This document shows positions 53,880 to 64,000 of a stretch of DNA of 64,000 nucleotides, piece after piece. Both the position numbers and the translations under genes were made by a program. The stretch is from contig NC_043000.1 of the NCBI RefSeq assembly GCF_006345805.1, positions 163,432,001 to 163,496,000 on the forward strand, in the 5' to 3' direction. The stretch comes from Octopus sinensis. Taxonomy: Eukaryota. The notes under the pieces were generated by a model, which did not search any database, was not told where the DNA came from, and saw only the letters and a list, made by a program, of their open reading frames with translations. Within the stretch, counting starts at the first letter, position 1; every line of letters starts with the position of its first letter.

Positions 53880-55142
53880 TAGGGTGCGATTGGTAAATTG
53901 TCATCATTTAATATTTTATTTTCACGCATGCGCTTTATTTGTTTTTGGGTTTCTCAACTACACAGTATAGTAAGGTCAGTTGAGCACCGTCTTTGAGAAA
54001 AAAACAGCACCATGACGCAATTCACTCGGCTAGAAATTTGGAAACGACCTGCTATACTGCTTGACATTCTCGCCGGAATCTCCAATACGAACATTTCAGG
54101 GTGTTTGGGTGTCAGTCTGAGGTGCAGAGAATTCGGAAAGAGTTGGATGAGTCTAATCATGATTACGAAGGTACAGCAGCTCGGAAAACTCACTCTCATC
54201 GTTCTGATAAGAAAAGAACTCCTGAATCTCTTGGTGAGATCCAGGTCCATCGCCCACGACATGGGAGTGTCTAACTTTCTTATCAGGCAGGTTATGCATG
54301 AAAACATTCGGTATTCCTCAATCAAGATGAGAAAAGGCCAATTTTTATCCCAAGCCATCAAGAACAAGAGGAAAGATCATGCTACAAAGCTTCTGAACAA
54401 ACTCAAGCATCCTCTCCAACCGAACATGCTTTGGTTTTTCTCAGACGAGAAAATTTCTGCTGGATCAGACGGTGAGCATATAGAACAAACATTAGCTTGC
54501 CGTGTCCCCAAAACAGGTACCGAGGGCGATAAATCTCAAACATCCAGTCAACATCATAGTATTTAGAGTGTTCACTAGTGATGGTGACTAGTGATTCCTC
54601 CATTCATTTTCCCACACGGCCTCAGTCTCAACACAAAGGCTTACACCAAGTGCCAGAGGCCTACATCATGTGCCCTGGGTGAAAAGGATGGCTGTTGAAA
54701 GACCCTATGTCTGGCAACGGGACTCTGCCCCTTGCCGCACAAGCAGGAGAACCCAGTCATGGCTGTGAAACAATTTCTGAGACCAAATCATTTCTAATCT
54801 CTGGTCACCTAACTCCCCAGACTGCAATCTCCTTGATTATTATGTGTGGGATGCAGTTGAGTGAGAGACCAACAAAACTCCTTGTAACACCAAAGATGAA
54901 CTGAAGGCAAGGATTATGGCAACATTCACCAAATTAAACAAGGTGACCATCCACAGGAGTTGCAGGAGATTCCGAAGTCATCTAGAGGCCATGTTTGAAG
55001 CCAATGGCGATTTTTATTAAATGAACTTACTCTTTAGTATTTCAAGATACTTTAATGTAATTTTGGTAAATATACCTGTTAAAATGAGATATCAGAGTTA
55101 TTTTCATTTTTGCGTAATGTAGATGACAATTTATTCAGCGCG
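53880..55142 (+). mobile_element. DD37D (maT-family) transposon, full length but decayed
   Basis: SIAHDMGVS helix-turn-helix, WFFSDEK, WQRDSAP-(37 residues)-WSPNSPDCNLLDYYVW; imperfect TIRs ...taaattgtcatc / gatgacaattta...; inserted in TA. Confidence 0.85.
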
Positions 55143-55154
55143 TATATTTATGTT

Positions 55155-55217
<63 letters not shown>

Positions 55218-57213
55218 GAGTGGACAAACGAAAGAAGAGCACTCAACCAATTTATTGAGTTACATGTATAGATCAAAACAGTTTGTTTCAAATTCGTTGG
55301 TACTTTTGAGTTTCAAGCGTGATGCTAGTCGTTAGCCAAAATATACCTGGTACGCATGCATATTACAGATTTTTAAACACATGGAATTATCTTGGTTTCC
55401 ATTCACAAATATACATGCTCTTACATCACATACATTTATATAACTGCATTTAATGCAGAAACATACTTATCATTTTATCTATCTATTTGTCTGTCTGTCT
55501 TTCTAACAGTCTATCTATCTACATTTTAAAGTTTATTTAATAAACTACTTGACTTATTGTTTTTTTTTACTCTTTATTAATTTATATATCAACATTTCTA
55601 TGTATTTATCCTTTTAACCGTTTACCGGATTATCTATCAACCTACCTAATTAATATATATAATCATATCACATTCTATGCACTTAATTATATATGGAATT
55701 TCTTGCCGTCTGCCTAACCTTTTCTAATGATAGGCAGACGACGACTGTGAACACTTATATGTGTATACTGAAAATTTGATAGTTTACTAGTCTTTTGCTT
55801 TCAATTAGCTTTCTCTTTTGCCAATTTTTTCCCGTATTTTTATTAAGAGTTCCTTGTACTTAGTGTGGATCAGAAAAGTTCCAAAATCCAATATCAACAT
55901 TTCTAGACCTTTCATAGTTTCATCTTTCAAATTAGTGTTGACTTTACTATCGCAAATTAGATATTTAACCGCAAAGTTTATTTGTCAACAGTAAGGTATT
56001 TATGTTCATTTGTGACTATGGTATATTATCTGGTTATTTTTCTGTTATGAGAATTGCTTCTATAATTTAATCCGCTATTTTTGAAAGGAATTCTACAGAT
56101 TATAGAAGTGTTATCCTCTACTGTTTACTTACCTAGTTTTGTGCTTTAGCATTAGTGTCGAATTTACAAATATTGGTGAACTTTTTTTCCCCGTGAAAAG
56201 ACAGAAATTAGTTAGTACCACATAAAATTTTCTTCGATATGTTCGTCTGACAACTTTTATCATCATGCAATACCAAACTTGTGACCTTCAAACCCATCAG
56301 ATTTAAAGCCCATAGACTATGTTTGGAGCGTAGTTGAAATGGAAAACTAATCGATATTCCCACAATATCGAGTTTCACCGAAAGCCGCCATTGCCCAGGC
56401 AGTGTCCGACATGAATAAAGGTCATTTAGTGCAGGCAAGTCGACTATTCGAGTCCCGCATTAATGCAGCATTGAAACTGAAAGTGGATTCGTAGAATATT
56501 CATCTCAGAAAGCTTATTGAAAATATTTGCACAAATGTTTATCAAAGCATTTTGTTCTGTTATTTTTTTGTTGTTGTTTGTTTTTTTACTTGATTGAAGT
56601 TGTTTTATTAAATTACCGAAAAAGTTGTCATACACCTCTTGTAACCTATATACATACATAAATACACAGACAGATAGACAGACAAACAGACAGACAGACA
56701 AGCAGATAGACAGACAGACAAACATATAGATAGAAAGATAGATAGATAAGTTTCTTTATTGGCCACACAGGGCTGCACACAGATGGGACAAGTTACAAGG
56801 TAGAGCTTTTCTTTTGGGGGATGAAGAGAACAAAAAACAAAAGAAAAAAAAAGGGGGTGGCGTAGGTTTTTCGATCAAGAGGGATCGTAAAAGGGAAGAA
56901 AAGAACAAAAACAAAAAAAATTGAATAAAATAAAAAGAATAAAAAGAAAAAAAAAAGAAAGGAATAGGAACAAAAGCAAAGAGAAATGAAAAAAGAAGAA
57001 AAAAGGGGAAAAAAAAGGGGAGAGGAAAAAAAGAGCGATCAATAGGTATCGTGTATCACAGTGTTATGATATATGGTGTAAAGGGGAAAGCAAGTAAGGT
57101 TTATCCGTGGGAAGAAAAGCCTACGAAAAAGACCACGGTAACTTTGGTCAATATTGTTATATGTTACCACATTTGTTTGCAAGTGGGTAACCCTCTGTTT
57201 TCAATTTCTGGGT

Positions 57214-59172
57214 TCATAGGATTATGCTCAAGGTGGCTTCGTCATTCATACGTGCCATCCTTGCTACATTCACCCATCTTTTTTTAAAACATTCGCTAGA
57301 CAAAACTTGCCTCTCTACTCTCACTTTCCTTTTCAAGTGGTACTTGAAGAAGTTGATGAGAGATTGACCAGAGAGGAAAGTGTTTGTCTCCAATCCTTTC
57401 AGACGCGTCCACCAGATACATTCTTTCGCCATAGCCACAAGGATGATGAAAATAGCTCTTCCTTCCCGTTTGAAGGAAGGAGGCGTGACAATATTGACGA
57501 TAGACTCAGCTGATAAACCGACTCGTCCCACACGTGACAGCAGTTGTTCGACATAAGCCCACAGGTCGGAAATTGTTGGACACTGAACGAGTGCGTGCAG
57601 AACGGTTTCGTCGCTCTGACCGCATCTCGGGCAGGTCGACCCCGTGTTTCTCGAGCCGTGTCTGTAGAGCTTATCCCGAACGGGTAGCGCTTCTCGGTAG
57701 CACTGCCAGACCAGGGATCTCTGGAAGTTGTCCATGGGCCCTGGCCCGAAAGTCGTCCTGAACAGGCGGGTCAGGTACTCCTCGTCGACGTCCAGGTTCG
57801 CCCCGAGCTCGTCGTCGTACCTCCCCTCCACTAATCCCCTATAGAATGCTTTGGTTGTGTTGAAGTCACTCAAGGTCGACCCGGGACGGCAGAGTTGCTT
57901 GAGAGCAACGCGACACTCGCGGTGCCATTCGCCCTTCCTCGGCCTCTTTTTGATCCACGACTGCAGTTCGGTCATGGAGACGAGCTGCGGGAAAGCGTGC
58001 CTCACAAACGGCGACCACATCTGTTCACCGTCGTCTACATAGAGCCAGAGATGTCGCAGTCTCAGCGCGTGTCTGCGCATCATCAACCACTGCATGCCCA
58101 GCCCTCCTTTTAACGGGTGTTGACAGCAAATGGATCGCCTGACCATCGGGACGCATCCTTTCCACAAGAAGCGAAAGAGAATGCGTTGTAGTTTGGTGAT
58201 GGTAGGGTCGGGACATGGTACGACGGTCAGGCGGTAGTAGATGACTGACGCGATGTACGTGTTCGCCACCTCCGCCCGACCTTTTAGGGACAGTTTCCTC
58301 TCGGCCCATTGCCGGGCGAGAGTGACCACCCTACTCGTTATCTCGTTCCAGTTCTTCTCCACTTGGAGGTCCGCACCAAACCAGACCCCGAGCAACTCAA
58401 CCGGGCCGTCGGTCCAGCGTCCCACGACGGAGGCGCTGGTGGACGGCATGGGCTTGCTTCTCCAGGTGCCTAGTCGCAAGCCCACTGACTTTTCCCGGTT
58501 GATTTTCGCTCCTGTCACCGCTTCGTAGTTTTTCAGTGTCTCGCCGACCTGCTCGATGTGCTCGTGGCTAGACACTATCACGGTAACGTCGTCCGCGTAT
58601 GCAGACACGCTCGTCCCGCATCCCTGTTCTCGCGGGATGCCCCTCAAAATTGCCAGCTTCCGCAATAATGGCTCGAGAGTCAATACGTATAGAAGCGACG
58701 AGAGGGGGCATCCCTGACGGACCGAACGTGCGATGTCGAAGGGTCTCGATAGATGTCCATTCACGCGAATTACCGAACGGATGCCTCTGTACAAAGCGGC
58801 TATCCAGCCGCGGAAGACGGGACCGAAGCCTACCGCTCTGAGGACCGTCTCCAAGTATCGATAGTCTACCCTATCGAAAGCTTTCGATTGATCCAAATTG
58901 ATCAGCGCCCCACCCATGCCAGGTTCGTTAACTACCCTGTCTATGATGTAGCGCATCAGGTGGAGGTTGTCATGGATGGTCCGGCCCGGCCCGGCGCATG
59001 TTTGCGCCTTGTCGACCAGTTTCTCGATGACAAGCGCCAACCTCTTGGCTAGCACCTTGGCCAAAATTTTCAAGTCTGCATTAAGCAGAGTGATGGGCCT
59101 AAAGTTATCTATTACATTTCCCTTGTTTAGATCTTTCTTCAGCAGTGTTACGGCTCCTCGGCTCACAAAACC
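57214..59172 (-). pseudogene. Tx1 ORF2 RT and C-terminal zinc-finger (zf-RVT) portion, open for ~650 codons
   Basis: FRPITLLNADLKIL, LDQSKAFDRV, RQGCPLS, YADD, C-x2-C...H...C. Confidence 0.95.
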
Positions 59173-59575
59173 AAAAATATCGGCTCAAAAATATCTCACA
59201 AAGAAACTGTACTGGGATCTCCTCGAGGACAAACCTGCGGAGGAGAAAGCAAAAACTTTCGAGCAGTAAGTAACCCTCTGTTTTTTCACTTGTATTCTAA
59301 TTCATTAGGACTATGATCAAGATTGGTTGTGTAAATGCGCGTGGCTTGGGGTCCCCTTGGAAACAAGGGTACCTCTTAAATGACATAAAGTCACATAAGT
59401 TAGAAATCATAGCCATAAGTGAGACCAGACTCCACAATCCGCGGGCCCTAAAGACCATGTTTGGCGGACAGTTCAACATTTATTTTTCCCCCTGTCTCCC
59501 GAGAATGGGCGGTAGTGGCACCGCGGTACTTTTTCGTAAGAGTCTGGATCTCAAATGCTCCCGTTTTGCTGCCAG
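59171..59575 (+). repeat. Inverted internal copy of Tx1 segment 60787-61158
   Basis: The same ORF1 end (KYLTKKLYWDL.EDKPAEEKAKTFEQ*) and ORF2 start (MIKIGCVNARGL...) appear on the opposite strand. Confidence 0.95.
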
Positions 59576-61029
59576 TTGCAGTACACCACCGCCAAGAGAT
59601 CTCCAAACAAGTCTGGCATACAATTGTAAAGCTCGTAGGGTAGACCATCCAAACCCGGTGATTTGTCCCTCGAGCATTCTGCCATCGCTTCCTGCACTTC
59701 CGCCGCCGTGATGGCACCTTCGCAGCACCCTGCCTTTCTTGTCGAGAGTCGTGGTAGGCTATGTAGGTAGGCACTAAAGTCCACCCTACGTTCTTGCCCT
59801 CCACTCGTCCCGAACAGTCGGGCAAAATGCTGCTGAAAGGCCTCACACATTTTACTTGGCTCGAGCAATTCGCGCCCCTGTTCATCTACCAGGGACCGAA
59901 TGGTGGCTTTGTTGCCCTGTTGCGCCTCTGCCACCTGGGCCTCTCTCGCGGCTCCAACACCTTCGTTCCTTAGAGCACGCATCCTAGCTCTGACAGCACA
60001 TCCTTCGTGTTTGGCGTTGAAGTGTTGGTCGAGGGCCAACCTCGCCGCCAAAACGTCAGATGCGATGCCGCTTCTAATTGCCTCTTCTAGCTTCTTAACC
60101 AGCTCACTCTCAACTCTATTTCTATCTATGGCTAGTGCTTTGCTGTACCTAATCGCTTCTGCTTTTACTGCTCTCTTGAGGGCAAACCACCATTTGTTGT
60201 TGATGATGGCTCCCGTCAAAGCCCTCTTTACTAGTGTGCTAATCCGGTCTCTGAAAACCTGTCTCGATGGGAAAGACGCGTTTAGTTTCCAGTATCCGGG
60301 ACCCTACCTAAGTGTCTTACCTAAGTCTAGCGTACATGTCACAAGTTTGTGATCCGTGTAGCTGACTATGTGGAATTGTGGACATCCTATGCTATCTTTG
60401 TCTACTGTCCTACACAGTATCCTATCTAGATACGATCTCGACGACCCGATGCGGTTGCTCCATGTCCACGTTGGCGCATTCGGGTGGTCTAGTCGGAACC
60501 TGTCAGACAGTTGAAAGCGTCTGAGCAGGTCTCTGAGGCATTTGCATCTCCGTCTATTCCTATCTCTACCCACGTAGTCTACATGCGTGTCCAAGGTAGC
60601 ATTCCAATCCCCCACTAAGAGTAAAGGACGAGACGTTCCCAAGAATACTTCTAGACGTTGAAAGAAATCCGCCCGACCTGTTAAGGGCGGTGCGTAGACT
60701 GATACGAGTCGAAAAGTGCACCCATTGCTGCCGTCGACATCCAGGACGACCAGTCTACCCCCCGGGTCTACGAATATTGTCCTTACTTTGAGATCCAGAC
60801 TCTTACGAAAAAGTACCGCGGTACCACTACCGCCCATTCTCGGGAGACAGGGGGAAAAATAAATGTTGAACTGTCCGCCAAACATGGTCTTTAGGGCCCG
60901 CGGATTGTGGAGTCTGGTCTCACTTATGGCTATGATTTCTAACTTATGTGACTTTATGTCATTTAAGAGGTACCCTTGTTTCCAAGGGGACCCCAAGCCA
61001 CGCGCATTTACACAACCAATCTTGATCAT
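59574..61029 (-). pseudogene. Tx1 ORF2 endonuclease and linker portion with one in-frame stop at 60304-60306
   Basis: The frame continues through TAG into GPGYWKLN and KSPGLDGLP.E.Y. Confidence 0.92.
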
Positions 61030-61268
61030 AGTCCTAATGAATTAGAATACAAGTGAAAGGAACAGAGGGTTACTTACTGCTCGAAAGTTTTTGCTTTCTC
61101 CTCCGCTGGTTTGTCCTCGATGAGATCCCAGTACAGTTTCTTTGTGAGATATTTTTGGCATTTACCAACCGCACTGGGGAAAATGCCTTTGAGTGTGTGG
61201 TGCAGACTTTTGGAGATGTGTAATATTTTGATGTGGTCTGGTGGTGTTGTGTATGGAGATAGACAGAC

Positions 61269-61395
<127 letters not shown>

Positions 61396-61752
61396 CCTGT
61401 AGTAGCGAGGATTAATCCAGGCAATTAATTTTGCTGCACTCCAGCCCATGATTAGCTGACTGAATGGCTATGATTCTCCTCCCCTAATTGAAGTGCTTGT
61501 ATTTCGTCTTTTTGTAAAACACTTCCTGATCGCAATATATTTTACTTCAAACATATTTCTTCATAGGTGGATTTTGGTACTAAAATGTTCCATATTGCAA
61601 AGTGGAAATGATGTAGTTTACGTGATGCTGCAATGTTATGTAATACGTAATATTAGGCACTATTGAATAAATAAGCACGCTATAGAACCACGTTGCCAAA
61701 TCATATTCCTATACCATTCGTACACACACACACACTCACACATACACACACA

Positions 61753-61804
<52 letters not shown>

Positions 61805-61827
61805 ATAATATATATATATTTATATAA

Positions 61828-62258
61828 GTTAATCCAAACACGAAAACACAAAGAGAAAACACAACAACACGAGGACGTGGAACAAATATAGTATTATTGG
61901 ACGCCCAGGAAGGAAGGGAAGAAGGAGGGTTTTACGTTTCGAGCGGAGCTCTTCGTCTGAAACATAGGAAAAGGAAAGATCCAGAGAAGGGAAGACAGAG
62001 GGAAAAAAATCGCCAACGGTACACACGCGGTACAAATATATACATATATATAAATATATGTACACATATAGACATACATATATATTCACATCTGTCTTCC
62101 CTTCTCTGGATCTTTCCTTCTCCTATGTTTCCGACGAAGAGCTCCGGTCGAAACGTTAAACCCTCCTTCTTTCCTTCTTTCCTGAGCGTCCAATAATACT
62201 ATATTTGTTCCACGTCCTCGCGTTGTAGTGTTTTTTTGTGCTTTCTTGTTTGGATTAA
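61828..62258. mobile_element. Head-to-head pair of 200-bp hammerhead elements (copy 4 minus, 61828-62031; copy 5 plus, 62091-62258)
   Basis: Cores CAGACGA and CCGACGA, stems otherwise largely retained; (TA)n on the outer flanks. Confidence 0.9.
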
Positions 62259-62288
62259 CTATATATATTTATATATATATATTATATA

Positions 62289-62333
<45 letters not shown>

Positions 62334-64000
62334 CATCAAACCTATCTCCACGACTACTAGCATGTCACAACACCTAATACCACTATGAACAGCATTACTT
62401 CCAAGGTTACCAACAATATCATTATTACAATCATAAACTTGAACACCAACGATAACATCATTATTATCGCCAACATCACCACTAATATAATACCATCGTC
62501 AACAACAATAACATCCTCTCAATGACGACCACCACCACTAATACGACCAACGTCAACGGCATCGCTGCTACCACAACACCCCTGAACAACCACTACTAGT
62601 ACCACCAGTCTAATCACAATTATCTCCAACACCAACATCAACCCCACCGTCACCATCAACAATCTCCACACCGACATAGCCATATGCACCATGACTCTCA
62701 CCACCACCACCACCACCACCACAACCGCCGCCGCCACTATTACTAATATCACCACTATCACCAACAGTACTATCATTTCTACCGCTAACACTAACATCAC
62801 CACCAAAAGTAAGCTCCCTCTCTCTGACTTGGAGCTGTAATTATGCTTACTAATACTGACAGTCAGCCCCTTTTCATCCACATCGAGTATACACGGCCCC
62901 CTTTTTTTCATCAACAACGCTCCAACACCACCACCACCAGCATGCCTCCACAATACTATAACGATGACAAATATCAACACTACCGCCGCCATACCAGTGT
63001 CAGCACCGACGGTAGCAACCCCGACTCCGCCCATACCCTCACTTCCACCATCACTGAAACCATGGCAACTACTGACGCTCCCGCAACAACACCGACGACG
63101 CATCCAATACAGACTTTGCCACAAGCATTACCGTCACCACCGCCATCAATACTGCCGTCGCCACCACCACCAGTGCTATAGCATTCACAGCATAGCCAAA
63201 CCTCAACACCACCACTGCCTCTACTGCTACAACAACCAGCAGAGGCTCCACCACAACATCGACCGACACCACCGCCACCGCCCTAAGAAGCACCACAAAG
63301 TACCACTCCGCTGCAACAGCCACTTGTTTTGGTATGTCTGTGACAGGAGGAGGGAGCAAGTCTTTTATGCAATCAAACGGTCAATTGCTGAAGTAAGATA
63401 AAAGGACTTCGAGAGCACAAGTCTATGCAGTTGTTTGTTGTTGTTGTTGTTGTTGTTGTCGTCTTCGTTGTTGTTGTTGCTGCTGCTGCTTAGACCTAAG
63501 TCAGTTTTCATTGAGAAGACATTTAGCAATATACGGTATCTACATTGAACTCTAACCATTCTAAAACCGCGAGTCAATAAAGGATATTCAATGTGCTCGC
63601 TCGACTTGCAAGAAATAACAGCCAAATCTCGTTTAACTTAAGTTCTGCAGCCTATGACAAAACGCTTTGGAAAGTATAAGCTTTCAATGATAAAACAACA
63701 CGAAAATCTGAATGTCACTACAGGAGCAGGTGGATGTGAAGAAATCCACCTCCATCATATGTACGTGAGCTAAACAAATGCGTAGATTTGCTTCACAAAT
63801 CATACTCAACCAACGGAACAAGTACCCCATATAATCTCTCATTATCTTCGCAAATTGATGAAGGTGAAGTTCCTAAACTCTTACCATCAAACTCCACTCA
63901 ACATGAGAGTAGTTTCTGCTGAATCAGTAGCCTATAAAATCCTATAAGTGCGTAAGATATACTGATTAAATGTTCTTTTCGTAACAAGTGGTTTTGGGTT

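Larger units (their letters stand above)
56750..61256 (-). mobile_element. Tx1-clade (L1 superfamily) LINE, 5'-truncated in ORF1, inserted in (GATA)n
   Basis: ORF1 tail 61256-61074; ORF2 APE domain (NARGL, ISET, GDWN, SYLDRI, TDH) and RT; long U-rich 3' UTR; aataaa at 56760-56755; (GATA)n on both flanks. Confidence 0.95.

Noticed and set aside
57307-59052. Plus-strand ORFs overlapping the Tx1 RT
   Set aside because: Antisense shadows of GC-rich coding sequence.
62519-63401. Thr/Pro/His-rich or Val-rich ORFs resembling mucins or membrane proteins
   Set aside because: Produced by a degenerate (CAC/CAT)n tract that is open in several frames on both strands, with no domain signal.

Overview
AT-rich, microsatellite-saturated eukaryotic DNA with no recognisable host protein-coding gene. 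The tRNA-derived SINE families make an octopus (coleoid cephalopod) genome the best inference. Most ORFs in the supplied track are microsatellite or low-complexity artefacts. The real content is transposon-derived: a nearly intact Tx1-clade LINE in a (GATA)n tract with an internal inverted segment, CR1 and RLE (R4/Dong-like) LINE 3' ends, mariner, Tc1, DD37D (maT) and Tigger remnants, MITEs, a non-autonomous Helitron, many SINEs, and several Penelope-like element (PLE) remnants. Three signals stand out. (i) About 16 type I hammerhead-ribozyme motifs from several unrelated sequence families, with covarying stems and palindromic stem III, sit in short elements embedded in (TA)n tracts. They include a ~200-bp non-coding family present 5-6 times. 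(ii) These elements repeatedly form long head-to-head hairpins. (iii) One element at ~39.7-40.1 kb has the composition expected of an ADAR-hyperedited (A-to-G) RNA that was written back into the genome. All folding and counting was done by eye.
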